Positions 28,834 to 41,039 of a stretch of 64,000 bases of DNA are shown in pieces; position 1 is the first letter of the stretch, and every line of letters begins with the position of its first letter. Location: positions 32,001 through 96,000 of the forward strand of contig JBQTHB010000004.1 of assembly GCA_052390235.1 (NCBI GenBank), in the 5' to 3' direction. The position numbers were made by a program, and so were the translations under genes. This stretch comes from Deltaproteobacteria bacterium. Its GTDB lineage: Bacteria > Desulfobacterota_D > UBA1144 > Nemesobacterales > CSP1-2. Under the pieces are notes generated by a model, which did not search any database, was not told the origin of the DNA, and saw only the letters and a program-made list of their open reading frames with translations.

Positions 28834-29961
28834 ATGTCAGAGCTAAACATTGACGACGTTCTCAGGGCGGCGATAAAGGTCGGAGCCTCCGACGTACACC
28901 TCAAAGTGGGGAGCAACCCCGTGTTCCGCTTAAACGGGACTCTGGTATTTCTCAAAGAAGCCCCGCGCATCTCTCAGGACGATATAAAAACCATCGTCTA
29001 TTCCATGATGAACTCGTGGCAGAAAGAGCGGTTCGAGAAAACCAACGAAGCCGACCTCGCCTACAGTCTCCCCGGCGTCTCCCGCTTCAGGGTCAACATA
29101 TTTCAGCAGCGCGGCTCAATTTCCATGGCTGTCCGAGCAATTCCCTTCGAGATACGCGCCTTCGCTGACCTGACACTCCCGGCAGTGATTGAGAAAATCG
29201 CGCAGGAGGAAAGGGGGCTTGTCCTCGTTACGGGAACTACGGGGAGCGGCAAATCCACGACCCTCGCCTCAATTATTGACTACATCAACCTAAACCGCTC
29301 GAAGCACATCATAACTATCGAAGACCCGCTTGAGTATATGCACCGAGACAAAAGTAGCTACATCAACCAGCGCGAAGTGGGTATTGACACCCTTTCATTC
29401 TCCAACGCCATGAGGGCATCGCTCAGAGAAGACCCGGACATCATCCTAGTCGGCGAAATGAGAGACCTCGAAACTATTGAAATCGCCATCTCAGCCGCTG
29501 AGACGGGCCACATGGTCTTATCCACCCTCCACACGCTCGACGCTCAGGAGACGATAAACCGAATTCTCGCCGTTTTCCCGCCGTATCAGCAGAATCAGAT
29601 ACGTTACCAGCTCGCTCAGGTACTAAAAGCCGTCATCTCCCAGAGGCTCATCCCCAGAGCCGACGGCAAGGGGCGCGTGCCGGCGGTCGAGGTGCTGATA
29701 GCGACCGGTAGGATTAGAGACTGCATATCTGACCCCCTTAAAACCAAGGAAATACGAATGGCGATAGAAGAGGGGAATCTCTACTACGGAATGCAGACCT
29801 TCGACCAGTGCCTCTATGACCTGTACAAAAAGGAGCTTATCTCCTACGAAGAGGCGATGAGGCAGGCGACGAATAAAGACGACCTCGCGCTGAAGATAAG
29901 CGGCATCAGCTCCGGGGCGGCGGGGATAGCGACAATGGGAATGTACGGAGAGGGGAGATAA
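28834..29961 (+). CDS. pilT: PilT/PilU-family type IV pilus retraction ATPase
   Basis: ASDVHL, GTTGSGKST, TIEDP, LREDPD, ETGH..STLH and GMQTFDQ motifs. Confidence 0.9.
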   Translation: MSELNIDDVLRAAIKVGASDVHLKVGSNPVFRLNGTLVFLKEAPRISQDDIKTIVYSMMNSWQKERFEKTNEADLAYSLPGVSRFRVNIFQQRGSISMAVRAIPFEIRAFADLTLPAVIEKIAQEERGLVLVTGTTGSGKSTTLASIIDYINLNRSKHIITIEDPLEYMHRDKSSYINQREVGIDTLSFSNAMRASLREDPDIILVGEMRDLETIEIAISAAETGHMVLSTLHTLDAQETINRILAVFPPYQQNQIRYQLAQVLKAVISQRLIPRADGKGRVPAVEVLIATGRIRDCISDPLKTKEIRMAIEEGNLYYGMQTFDQCLYDLYKKELISYEEAMRQATNKDDLALKISGISSGAAGIATMGMYGEGR

Positions 29962-29968
29962 ATAGCCG

Positions 29969-30664
29969 ATGCTGGTGCTGGGAGTCGAAACCTCGACGTA
30001 TGCCGAAAGTGTCGCCCTTGTGGATGGGGAGGCGGTCTTGGGGGAGCTTTTCGTAAATTCGGGGGGAGGGAATTCAGAGAGTATAGTCCTCATGACAGAT
30101 GCGCTTGTCCGCCAGGTCGGCATAGGCAGGGGCGAGCTTCAGGGGGTTGCAGTCTCGGCCGGGCCCGGGGCTTTTACGCCGCTTAGAATCGGGATGGCGG
30201 CGGCAAAGGGATTTGCCCTTGCGCTGGGTATTCCGATAATAGGGGTGTCGTCGCTCGTAGCTCTTGCGGCGGGGGCGGCTTTTGTGCCTTGGCGGATTTG
30301 TTCTATAATAGATGCGAAAAGGGGCGAGGTTTTCGCCGCGCTCTTTAAGTTTACCGAGGGCGGAGTAGTGGAGAGACTGTCCGATGACGAGCTTACAACG
30401 CCCGACGCGCTCTGCGGAGGGGTGTCGGATAAGACGCTTTTTATAGGGAGCGGCGCGCTTGTGCATCGGGATTATTTATCGCAATCACTCGGCGGATTTG
30501 CGTGCTTTGCTGAGCCGAATATGAATTTCCCAAGGGCGTCCAGCGCTGCCCTGCTCGGGGCTCGCAGGCTTGTTGCCGGAGCGTCGGACGATGTGATGAG
30601 TCTCGCCCCTAGGTATTTAAAGAGGACGGACGCTGAAATTTCCAAAGGGAGGTATATTGCATGA
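29969..30664 (+). CDS. tsaB: tRNA t6A biosynthesis protein TsaB
   Basis: LGVETS, GPGAFT.LRIG, IDAKRGEVF and P.YL motifs. Confidence 0.88.
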   Translation: MLVLGVETSTYAESVALVDGEAVLGELFVNSGGGNSESIVLMTDALVRQVGIGRGELQGVAVSAGPGAFTPLRIGMAAAKGFALALGIPIIGVSSLVALAAGAAFVPWRICSIIDAKRGEVFAALFKFTEGGVVERLSDDELTTPDALCGGVSDKTLFIGSGALVHRDYLSQSLGGFACFAEPNMNFPRASSAALLGARRLVAGASDDVMSLAPRYLKRTDAEISKGRYIA

Positions 30665-30876
30665 GTGAACAGGAGATAATAGAGAAATTGCTGGAAGGGG
30701 ACGCTAAATTTAAAGAGCTTTGGGCGGAACACCGCAGGCTCGACGACATAGTAAGGGGGCTTGAACAGAAAACCGCTCTATCCCTTGACGAGGAAGCCGA
30801 GGTAAAGAGGCTCAAAAAAATAAAACTCTCGCTCAAAGACCAAATTGAGCTGAAAATCAGGGAAACGGGAAAGTAA
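30661..30876 (+). CDS. YdcH/DUF465 family small coiled-coil protein
   Basis: EH..LD...LKK.KL.LKDQI pattern. Confidence 0.8.
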   Translation: MSEQEIIEKLLEGDAKFKELWAEHRRLDDIVRGLEQKTALSLDEEAEVKRLKKIKLSLKDQIELKIRETGK

Positions 30877-30899
30877 AAAATTACGGGGGTGAGGTTCTT

Positions 30900-32606
30900 A
30901 TGCCGAGAATGCTTGGCGCGGATATGTTTTTTGAGACTCTACTAGACCACGGGATAGACGTTATATTTGGGCTTCCCGGCGGCTACGTGCTAAAAGTCTA
31001 TGACGTGATGCCGAAATACACGAAGAGGGGATTGGTTCACGTGCTGTCTCGCCATGAGCAGGGGGCGACTCACATGGCTGACGGCTATGCCAGAGCATCG
31101 GGAAGGCCCGGAGTCGTGCTTTGCACCTCGGGCCCTGCCGCAACTAACACGGTTACAGGAATCGCTACGGCTCAGATGGACTCATCTCCGATTGTAGTTT
31201 TCACCGGGCAGGTCCCCACCGCGTACCTCGGAAGCGACGCTTTTCAGGAAGCCGACCACATCGGAATAACACGCCCATGCACTAAGCACAACACCCTAGT
31301 AAGAAAAACAAAAGACCTACCGCGCGCCATTAAAGAGGCATTTCACATTGCTTGCACCGGCAGACCGGGCCCCGTCCTCGTAGATATGCCCAAAGACGTT
31401 CTCATCAGCGAGGACGAGTTTGAAATCCCCCGCGACATAAGCCTCAGGGGCTACAAGCCCACGCTAAAGGGTAATCCCATACAGATAAAACGCGCGATGG
31501 AGATAATAACCGCCGCAAAAAGACCGGTAATATTCGGGGGCGGAGGGCTTATCTGGTCTGAGGCGACGCCGGAGCTAATTGAATTTGTCCACAGGCTGGA
31601 GATTCCAGTGGCGCTCACCTTGATGGGGCTTGGGGCGTATCCCGCAAACGACCCATATTATATGAGTATGTTGGGGATGCACGGCTCTTATAAGGCGAAT
31701 ATGGCGGTTCACGACAGCGATCTTATCATCTCCATCGGGGCTAGATTCGACGATAGGGCAACGGGAGGGAATTTCCCTAAATTCGCCCCTCACGCCAAGA
31801 TTATCCATATTGACATTGACCCCTCGACGATTGATAAAAATATCCGCGTCCACTGCCCAATTGTCGGCGACGCTAAGCAGGTTCTAAAACAGCTCATCGA
31901 GGTCATCCCGCCCGATTTCAAGCCCGACAGACGCGCCTGGTTCGGCACAATTGAGGAGTGGGGCAGGAGCCATCCGCTTGTTCCGAGGCAGAACGGGGAC
32001 AAAATCATGACCTCTTTCCTGATTAATATGCTCTCGGACATTACCAAGGGCAACGCCGTTATCGTCTCCGATGTGGGACAGCATCAGATGTGGGTCGCGC
32101 AGTTCTATGAGTTCAACCGTCCCAGGACTCACATCACCTCAGGGGGACTCGGCACAATGGGATTCGGCTTTCCGGCGGCGATGGGGGCTAAATTCGGACG
32201 CCCGAAGGATATGGTAATATGTGTGTGCGGCGACGGGAGCTTCCAGATGAATATGCAGGAACTGGCATCTGCCGTCGAGAACAAGATGGATATAAAAATC
32301 GTCCTCATCAATAACCGTCACCACGGCATGGTGAGGCAGTGGCAGAATATGTTCTTCAATAAAAACTACTCGGCGTCCTACTTTGAGGCGCTTCCCGATT
32401 TCGTTAAGCTCGCCGAGGCATTCGGCGCAAAGGGGCTCAGGGTAAAGCGCCCCGATGAGCTGGAGTCAACCCTTAGGAAGGGGCTGTATAGCGAGGGAGT
32501 GGTCTTAATCGAGGTCGTGGTTGACCACGAAGAGATGGTCTATCCGATGATTGCTCCGGGCGGGGCTATGAATGAGATGATTCTCGACCCCGCGGATATG
32601 TCCTAG
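30900..32606 (+). CDS. ilvB: Acetolactate synthase large subunit
   Basis: RHEQGA, GSDAFQE, DVGQHQMW and GDGSFQMN ThDP motif. Confidence 0.96.
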   Translation: MPRMLGADMFFETLLDHGIDVIFGLPGGYVLKVYDVMPKYTKRGLVHVLSRHEQGATHMADGYARASGRPGVVLCTSGPAATNTVTGIATAQMDSSPIVVFTGQVPTAYLGSDAFQEADHIGITRPCTKHNTLVRKTKDLPRAIKEAFHIACTGRPGPVLVDMPKDVLISEDEFEIPRDISLRGYKPTLKGNPIQIKRAMEIITAAKRPVIFGGGGLIWSEATPELIEFVHRLEIPVALTLMGLGAYPANDPYYMSMLGMHGSYKANMAVHDSDLIISIGARFDDRATGGNFPKFAPHAKIIHIDIDPSTIDKNIRVHCPIVGDAKQVLKQLIEVIPPDFKPDRRAWFGTIEEWGRSHPLVPRQNGDKIMTSFLINMLSDITKGNAVIVSDVGQHQMWVAQFYEFNRPRTHITSGGLGTMGFGFPAAMGAKFGRPKDMVICVCGDGSFQMNMQELASAVENKMDIKIVLINNRHHGMVRQWQNMFFNKNYSASYFEALPDFVKLAEAFGAKGLRVKRPDELESTLRKGLYSEGVVLIEVVVDHEEMVYPMIAPGGAMNEMILDPADMS

Positions 32607-32675
32607 GGGATGAATTCGTCCATCCAGCATAAAATTTGCGGAAATAGAATAGATAGAGCGGAGGTTTATATTTAA

Positions 32676-34192
<1,517 letters not shown>

Positions 34193-34250
34193 AACCGAAT
34201 CCCAAGGCGCCACAAAATTTATCCGAGGGCGAACTCATAGCTGAAAACTC

Positions 34251-34898
34251 ATGAAAAAAACCAGAAGCGCTGTAGCCCAAGAGGGGCTTCCAATAGCCGG
34301 ATGCCTCGCCCTTGCGGCTTGGATTACTGCCTATTTTAATTTTGATTTGATGTCGCTCGCTCTGGCGGCGGCGGCGTTTTTCACCCTCTATTTCTTCCGA
34401 GACCCGGAGAGGGAATCGCCGCGCACTGAAGGCTGTATTCTCGCCCCGGCGGACGGCAGGGTGGTGGAAATTGAAACCGTAAACGAGGGGGTTTTCCTAA
34501 ATCGGCAGATGCGCAAGGTCGGCATCTTCCTATCCATTACCGACTGCCATATTAACAGATTCCCCATTAAAGGCAGAGTCGTCAACACGCAGTACATCCC
34601 CGGAGAGTTCAATTTGGCAAGTCTCGCCAAAGCCTCCTCTCGCAATCAGAGGCTATTAACCCTCATCGAGGCTGAAGACGGGCAGAGCGTTGTCATGGCA
34701 CAGGTTACGGGGTTTGTAGCGCGCAGAATAGTCTCCTACCTCGTGCCGGGCGATGTTCTAGAGCCGGGCGAGCGCTTCGGGATGATTAAATTCGGCTCAA
34801 GGGTTGACCTATATCTCCCGCCGGGATACGAGATTACCGCAGAGGTTGGAGACAGAGTAACGGGCGGAGAAACCATTATAGGATGGTCGAGAAAATGA
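34251..34898 (+). CDS. psd: Phosphatidylserine decarboxylase
   Basis: FFRDPER, APADG and GMIKFGSRVD cleavage motif. Confidence 0.93.
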   Translation: MKKTRSAVAQEGLPIAGCLALAAWITAYFNFDLMSLALAAAAFFTLYFFRDPERESPRTEGCILAPADGRVVEIETVNEGVFLNRQMRKVGIFLSITDCHINRFPIKGRVVNTQYIPGEFNLASLAKASSRNQRLLTLIEAEDGQSVVMAQVTGFVARRIVSYLVPGDVLEPGERFGMIKFGSRVDLYLPPGYEITAEVGDRVTGGETIIGWSRK

Positions 34899-35725
34899 AA
34901 AAAAAGAATTTAAGACGCCAAAAAGTAATCCCCGTGCTTCCCAATCTCGTTACGACTGCGAATCTGTTCTTCGGGCTTCTCTCTATAATGACATCGGTTC
35001 AGGGCGCGATACTCCTGAGGGCTGATGGGGCGGCGGGCGAGGCGGCGGCGGAGAAATTCTGGTGGGCGGCGATTTTTATTCTCATTGCCGGTGTGCTGGA
35101 TTTCTTTGATGGCAAGGTGGCGAGGCTCCTTAAATTCGAGAGCAATTTCGGGCTATCCTACGATTCCCTCTCGGATTTGGTCTCGTTTGGCGTCGCCCCG
35201 GCTGTGCTTATTTTCTCTTGGGGGCTGTTTGATTCGGGCAAACTTGGGCTGATGGCGGTTTTATTCTACGCCGTATGCGCCGCTCTGAGGCTTGCGCGGT
35301 TCAATGTGCAGTCGAAAACGGTTGAGAAATACGGATTCACCGGGCTTCCAAGCCCGATGGGAGCGTCTTTGATGTACTCGCCGGTGCTTCTTTGCACTGG
35401 TATTGGGATTGCGCCGAGCTTTGAAGTAGCGTGGTTTTATCTCGCCGCCGCTCCATTTGCGGGGCTACTTATGGTGAGCGACGTGCCGTATTGGAAATAT
35501 CCGGGAGGGTATAAGTTCTCTCGCTCGTTCAACGCTCTTGTGGTTTCGTCAATAATAATTACGGCCGTGGTTACGCACCCCGAAATCATGATTATCGGCA
35601 TCGCCTATGTGTATTGCCTCGCGGGGCTTGCCTCTTACGCCCTGGGGCATCTGCGAAAGAAAGAGACTGCCCCCGGGCAGGCTAAATCCGAGGAAGCAAA
35701 TCTCGGAGCCGACCTTAGGGACTGA
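34883..35725 (+). CDS. pssA: CDP-diacylglycerol-serine O-phosphatidyltransferase
   Basis: PNLVT, D..DG.VAR...S.FG...DSLSD.VSFG.AP and RLARFN motifs. Confidence 0.93.
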   Translation: MVEKMKKKNLRRQKVIPVLPNLVTTANLFFGLLSIMTSVQGAILLRADGAAGEAAAEKFWWAAIFILIAGVLDFFDGKVARLLKFESNFGLSYDSLSDLVSFGVAPAVLIFSWGLFDSGKLGLMAVLFYAVCAALRLARFNVQSKTVEKYGFTGLPSPMGASLMYSPVLLCTGIGIAPSFEVAWFYLAAAPFAGLLMVSDVPYWKYPGGYKFSRSFNALVVSSIIITAVVTHPEIMIIGIAYVYCLAGLASYALGHLRKKETAPGQAKSEEANLGADLRD

Positions 35726-35880
35726 GCGCCCGAGATAAATTCCGCATGACAATGATGAAACTCTCCGTAGAATATTGCTTAATGTGCGATGTGTAATTTG
35801 TCCCACTGTAAAATCAGAGCGGCAGAATTTCTACAGCCGCTAAAATCCATACGGCGATAGTGCGCGAGGGGTGATTGATA

Positions 35881-38553
35881 ATGAGAAGTTTTCTCTTTGG
35901 TATAATTATGCTTGTTTGCCTTGCGGCGAGCGGCGCGGGGGCGGCGCCGGGGGAAGGAAATAAACTGGGAGGGATAATGGAAAGCAGATCCGGGGTTACG
36001 AAGTATCAGCTTGATAACGGGTTGACGGTGATTCTCGAGGAGAATCACTCATCGCCTGTGGTTGCGGTAAACGTGTGGGTCAAGGTTGGGAGCGCCTGCG
36101 AAGAAGAGGGCGAATACGGGCTTGCCCACGTTCACGAACATATGTTGTTTAAGGGGACTCAGAAAAGAGGCGTAGGCGAAATAGCCAGAGTCATCGAGGG
36201 CAACGGGGGGGATATTAACGCCTTTACCTCTTTTGACGAGACGGTGTATCACGTCGTAATAGCGAGCAGATTTCTCGATACGGCAATTGACGTGCTTTCG
36301 GACGCTGTGTCCAATTCCGCTTTTGACCCTGAGGAGCTAGGCAGGGAGCTTCAAGTGATACTTGAGGAAATCCGCAGAAGCGCTGACTCTCCATCAAGAA
36401 ATTTAAGCGAGAGACTTTTTTTGGAGGCTTATAAGGTTCACCCCTACGGCAGACCCGTTATCGGGAGCAAGGAGAGCGTCCTTAGCTTTACGCGCGAGAC
36501 AATATTGAATTTCTACAAAAAATGGTACTCGCCAAATAACATGGCGGTTATCGTCGTCGGTGATTTTAACAAGAACGAAATCATCCCGAAGATAAAAGAC
36601 GCATTCGGGGGGCTGAAGAACAACCCCACTGCCGTCTGTTCGCTTCCCGCAGAGCCGGCGCAAAACGGCATCCGCCCCTTTGTATTCGATAAAAAAGTGC
36701 AGGAGGGGTACTTCACCCTTGCCTTCCACATACCGAGCGTCAGGCACGAAGACGCTCCGGCGCTGGATGTGATTTCAAATATTCTAGGCGGCGGGGAAAG
36801 CTCAAGGCTCTACAGGCGCGTCAAAGAGGACGGAGAACTCCTCACAAACGTCTATGCTTACTCCTTCACTCCTAAGCATCCGGGGCTATTTGCCGTGGGA
36901 GGCACACTGGAGCCAGTTAAGGCAAAAGATGCCCTTGCCGAGATACTTAAAGAGACTTACCGTCTCAGGTACGAACCTGTAACGTTTGAAGAGCTGTCAA
37001 AAGCGAAGGTCAATATCGAGAGCGACTCTATTTATACCAAGGAAACCGCCCAGGGGCAGGCTCAAAAGCTCGGCTACTTCGAGGTGGAATCAGGGGATTT
37101 CAGGTCGGAATCCGAGTATCTGAGGAAAATCTCCGAGGTTAGCCAAGAGGAAATTATGAGGGTTGCAAGGAAATATTTCGTGAACTCAAACCTCACCGCG
37201 GGTTTTCTACTTCCCACGGGCGCGGCGGCGATAAATAACACCGACATCGCAGAAATTGCCTCCTCAGCCTCCGAGTCCATCGAAAAAGAGGCGGCATCCA
37301 AGGCTCAAGCGGTCTCGCCTGACGTGAAGAAAATCACCCTTCCCAACGGGATAACCGTTCTCATCAAAGAAAATCACTCGATTCCCCTATTTGCGGTCAG
37401 AGCCGTGTTCCTCGGCGGCACGCGGTTTGAAGATGATAAATCAAGCGGCGTTTTTAATTTCATCTCCGAGATGCTCACCAGAGGCACAAAAACTAGGGGG
37501 GCTGAGGAAATCGCAGAGGAGGTCGAATCCATCGCGGCGCAGGTGAGCGGTTTCTCCGGCAGAAACAGCTTCGGCGTGATTGCTGAATCGCTCAGCAAGA
37601 ATTTCGGCAAAACCATGGACATATTCGCCGACGTCGTGCTGAATCCATCGTTCGACGCGCGGGAAATCGAGCGCGCAAGAGGGGACGTACTCTCGGACAT
37701 TAAACGCGAGATGGACAGCCCCGCGAAGACCGCCATAAATCTATTTATTAAGACCCTCTATCAAAAGCACCCGTACAGGCTAAATCCGCTCGGTTCTAAG
37801 GAATCAGTAGAGGCAATGACCAGAGCCGAGCTTGTGAAATTCTACGAGCGATACGTGCGCCCTGAGAATATGGTCATAGCCGTCGTGGGCGACGTAACCG
37901 AGCCGGACGTTCTCGCCGCAGTGGAGGGGTATTTCGGCGGGATGAAGAGCGAGAAATTCACCCCTCCCAAGGTCAGCCTAGAGACTGCCCCTGCAAAAAT
38001 CCGCGAGGCAGAGGTCTCTCAGTCCGATAAGGCGCAGGCGCACATCATTGTGGGGTTTCAAGCCCCGACCCTCTACGATGCCGACCGCTACCCATTCGAG
38101 GTGCTAAACGCGGTTCTTGCCGGGCAGGGCGGGCGACTTTTCCTCGAACTCAGGGACAAAAAAAGCCTCGCCTACACGGTTACATCGTTCCTAACCTTCG
38201 GGCTTGAGCCGGGGTTTTTCGGCGTCTATATCGGGTGCGCTCCCGAAAAGAGGTATGAGTCCCTTGCGGCGATAAAAGACCAGCTTCGGCTCGTTTTGGA
38301 TTCCGGCATCACGGCGGACGAACTCAATCGCGCTCAGAATTACCTCGTGGGGAATTTTGAAATCGGGCTCCAGCAAAATTCCGCCCAAGCCGGTAAAATC
38401 TCCCTTGATGAGCTATATAAAGCCGGCTGGGACGACTACAAACGCTACTCTCAGGGCATATACGACGTAACTCAGGAGGACGTGCTGAGAGCCGCCCGCA
38501 AGTACATTGACCTGAGTAAATACACAAGCGCCGTTGTGAAGCCCGAAGGCTAG
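35881..38553 (+). CDS. Exported M16 (pitrilysin-family) zinc protease, tandem four-domain form
   Basis: Signal peptide; inverted zinc motif HVHEH, NAFTS.DET; second half degenerate with LRDKKSLAY. Confidence 0.9.
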   Translation: MRSFLFGIIMLVCLAASGAGAAPGEGNKLGGIMESRSGVTKYQLDNGLTVILEENHSSPVVAVNVWVKVGSACEEEGEYGLAHVHEHMLFKGTQKRGVGEIARVIEGNGGDINAFTSFDETVYHVVIASRFLDTAIDVLSDAVSNSAFDPEELGRELQVILEEIRRSADSPSRNLSERLFLEAYKVHPYGRPVIGSKESVLSFTRETILNFYKKWYSPNNMAVIVVGDFNKNEIIPKIKDAFGGLKNNPTAVCSLPAEPAQNGIRPFVFDKKVQEGYFTLAFHIPSVRHEDAPALDVISNILGGGESSRLYRRVKEDGELLTNVYAYSFTPKHPGLFAVGGTLEPVKAKDALAEILKETYRLRYEPVTFEELSKAKVNIESDSIYTKETAQGQAQKLGYFEVESGDFRSESEYLRKISEVSQEEIMRVARKYFVNSNLTAGFLLPTGAAAINNTDIAEIASSASESIEKEAASKAQAVSPDVKKITLPNGITVLIKENHSIPLFAVRAVFLGGTRFEDDKSSGVFNFISEMLTRGTKTRGAEEIAEEVESIAAQVSGFSGRNSFGVIAESLSKNFGKTMDIFADVVLNPSFDAREIERARGDVLSDIKREMDSPAKTAINLFIKTLYQKHPYRLNPLGSKESVEAMTRAELVKFYERYVRPENMVIAVVGDVTEPDVLAAVEGYFGGMKSEKFTPPKVSLETAPAKIREAEVSQSDKAQAHIIVGFQAPTLYDADRYPFEVLNAVLAGQGGRLFLELRDKKSLAYTVTSFLTFGLEPGFFGVYIGCAPEKRYESLAAIKDQLRLVLDSGITADELNRAQNYLVGNFEIGLQQNSAQAGKISLDELYKAGWDDYKRYSQGIYDVTQEDVLRAARKYIDLSKYTSAVVKPEG

Positions 38554-38587
38554 GGGGGCGATTGAAAATTCAAGGGGGGCATTCGCG

Positions 38588-39538
38588 TTGATACTCGTTA
38601 CGGGAGTCGCAGGGTTCATAGGCTCGCATCTCGCCGAAAGGCTCATAGGGGACGGATTTGAGGTCCTCGGCGTGGATTCGTTTTTCAATTACTACCCGCG
38701 GAGGATTAAAGAGGGCAATTTGGCGGCGCTTCTGGGCAATCCCAAATTTAAATTTATTGAGGCGAGCCTTTTTAATTTGAATCTGAGGGAGATTGTCGCC
38801 GGGGTCGAAGGGGTGTTTCATCAGGCGGCGCTACCCGGCGTGAGGGCAAGCTGGGGGGAGTATTTCTCGGAATACGTCGAGAACAACGTCCGCGCCACCC
38901 AAGTGTTGCTTGAGGCGTGCAAGGACAGCAAAACCATACGCAAATTTGTCTATGCCTCGTCCTCTTCGGTCTATGGGGACGCCGACGAGATGCCGATACG
39001 AGAAACCTCCCCGACAAATCCCGTCTCGCCATACGGGGTTACCAAGCTCGCCGCCGAACACCTCTCTACGCTCTACTCGAAGGGCTATGGAGTACCCGCA
39101 GTCTCGCTTCGGTACTTTACGGTCTATGGCCCGAGACAGCGCCCCGACATGGGATTTCATAAATTTATAAGCCGCATCGTCCGAGGCGAGGAGCTTGAAA
39201 TCTTCGGCGACGGAAGCCAAACACGCGATTTCACCTACGTTGACGACGCAGTGGAGGCGAACATTCGCGCATTTCATAACGGCAAAAACGGCGAGAGCTA
39301 TAACATAGGCGGCGGGAGTAGAATCAACCTCCTCGACACAATACGAATTATTGAAGAGGTATCAGACAGGAGGGCGCGTTTGAAGTTCGTCGCCCCGCAG
39401 CGCGGGGACGCCAAGCACACATTCGCCGACGTAACCAAAGCGGCGAGGGATTTTGGCTATGCCCCGAAAGTCGCCACTTCCGAAGGTTTACGCAGGCACT
39501 GGGAGTGGCTGAGGGACAACATCGGCATTTATTCATAA
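38588..39538 (+). CDS. NAD-dependent nucleotide-sugar epimerase/dehydratase
   Basis: GVAGFIG, ASSSSVYG, YGVTK and YGPRQRPDM motifs. Confidence 0.9.
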   Translation: MILVTGVAGFIGSHLAERLIGDGFEVLGVDSFFNYYPRRIKEGNLAALLGNPKFKFIEASLFNLNLREIVAGVEGVFHQAALPGVRASWGEYFSEYVENNVRATQVLLEACKDSKTIRKFVYASSSSVYGDADEMPIRETSPTNPVSPYGVTKLAAEHLSTLYSKGYGVPAVSLRYFTVYGPRQRPDMGFHKFISRIVRGEELEIFGDGSQTRDFTYVDDAVEANIRAFHNGKNGESYNIGGGSRINLLDTIRIIEEVSDRRARLKFVAPQRGDAKHTFADVTKAARDFGYAPKVATSEGLRRHWEWLRDNIGIYS

Positions 39539-39597
39539 ATACTCTCAGCGCGCGCTCGCCATCTGCCGAGCTGGAAAAAATACCCCGGAGGCGCGGA

Positions 39598-39765
39598 ATG
39601 CCATTGGATGAAAAACTGCTAAAAATAATTGTCTGCCCGAAATGCAAGGGGAAAATCCGCCTCGGCGCGGACGGCTCCTGGCTCATTTGCGATAGCTGCG
39701 GGATTAAATTCCCCGTCAAAGACGGCATCCCGATACTCATGGCTGAGGAATCTGAAGAGATTTAA
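39598..39765 (+). CDS. Trm112/YcaR family protein
   Basis: CPKCKG...C..C...FPVKDGIPILM; GGAGG SD before ATG 39598. Confidence 0.88.
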   Translation: MPLDEKLLKIIVCPKCKGKIRLGADGSWLICDSCGIKFPVKDGIPILMAEESEEI

Positions 39766-39815
39766 GCTCACACGGGACTATCATCCCCACCCCGATTCTC
39801 TGCCGCAAGGATGCC

Positions 39816-39944
39816 TCGCCCTGAGCCTGCCCGCGGCGAAAAACCCATCAATAAAATTCCTCACTGCGTTTGGAATGACACGGTGCCTGCGCCGAGAATT
39901 GGACAGATTCCGCGCCCCTTCAATTCATCCTGAGCGTAGTCGAA
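39816..39944. repeat. Degenerate REP-like extragenic palindromic remnants
   Basis: TCGCCCTGAGCCTG, ATTCCTCACTGCGTTTGGAATGACA and TTCATCCTGAGCGTAGTCGAA lie between convergent genes and resemble REP-type repeats I recall from other genomes. Confidence 0.4.
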
Positions 39945-40082
39945 TGACGGGATTCCCCAATCAGTCAATATGCCGGTAATGGCTAAAAGTAACTTAGAGG
40001 GGGGCATTAGAGCGGGAGAAGGAGGGGATCGCTCCCCCCCATCCCGATGAAATTTTGAGCCGCGCTTATATGTGTCCGATTC

Positions 40083-40955
40083 CTACGAGCGGAGGGCGTC
40101 TCTGAGGGTTTCGCCCATTTCGGCGGGGCTTGGGCAGACCCTTACCCCCGCGCTCTCAAGGGCGTCTCTCTTGTCGGATGCGCTGCCGGAACTGCCGGAA
40201 ATTATCGCTCCGGCGTGTCCCATGCGCTTGCCCTTGGGGGCTGTTGCTCCGGCAATGAACGCGACTACGGGCTTTGTCATATTGTTTTTGATAAAGACGG
40301 CGGCTTCTTCCTCCGCGCTCCCGCCGATTTCGCCTATCATGATGACGGCGTCGGTGTCTCTATCCTTTTCAAAGAGGTCTAAAACGTCAATAAACGTCGT
40401 GCCGATAACGGGGTCTCCGCCGATGCCGACGCACGAGGACTGTCCGATGCCGAGGTTTGAGAGTTGCCACACGGCTTCGTAGGTGAGCGTGCCGCTACGG
40501 GAGATGATGCCCACTCTCCCCGGCGTGTGGATGTATCCGGGCATGATGCCCACCTTTGCCTGCCCCGGACTCATCACTCCCGGACAGTTGGGCCCAACGA
40601 GCCTCGCTTTCCTGCTTTTCATGAATTCCTTGACCTTGAGCATATCAACAGTCGGTATCCCCTCGGTGATGCAGATGACAAGCTCCACTCCGGCGTCAGC
40701 GGCTTCCATTATGGCGTCCATGGCGAAGGGGGCGGGAACAAATATAAGCGATGTGTTCGCTCCGGCTTCCTTGACCGACTCCAAAACGCTGTTGAACACG
40801 GGGAATCCCTCAATTTGAGAGCCGCCCTTGCCCGGAGTTACGCCTCCTACGACATTTGTTCCGTATTCTCGGCACTGAGTGGCGTGGAAAAGCCCGGCGC
40901 TTCCCGTGATGCCCTGAACTACGACTCTGGTGTTTTTGTCAACCAAAATGCTCAT
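40083..40955 (-). CDS. sucD: Succinyl-CoA synthetase alpha subunit
   Basis: [26 protein letters not shown] and MGHAGA phospho-His motif. Confidence 0.97.
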   Translation of the reverse strand: MSILVDKNTRVVVQGITGSAGLFHATQCREYGTNVVGGVTPGKGGSQIEGFPVFNSVLESVKEAGANTSLIFVPAPFAMDAIMEAADAGVELVICITEGIPTVDMLKVKEFMKSRKARLVGPNCPGVMSPGQAKVGIMPGYIHTPGRVGIISRSGTLTYEAVWQLSNLGIGQSSCVGIGGDPVIGTTFIDVLDLFEKDRDTDAVIMIGEIGGSAEEEAAVFIKNNMTKPVVAFIAGATAPKGKRMGHAGAIISGSSGSASDKRDALESAGVRVCPSPAEMGETLRDALRS

Positions 40956-41004
40956 TGAACGGACGCTCCTTGTTATCTGATTTCGGCGAATTAAATCGGC
41001 TTGG

Positions 41005-41032
41005 AATATAACACAAACCGCCGAGGTTTCAA
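41005..41032 (-). promoter_or_regulatory. Sigma70-like promoter directly upstream of sucD
   Basis: TTGAAA-N16-TATATT with a TGn extension, on the minus strand. Confidence 0.5.
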
Positions 41033-41039
41033 CCTCCCG

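Noticed and set aside
30877..30899. Attenuator leader peptides before ilvB (and before hisD)
   Set aside because: There is no room for one before ilvB, and no Ile/Leu/Val- or His-rich leader ORF with a terminator was seen at either gene.
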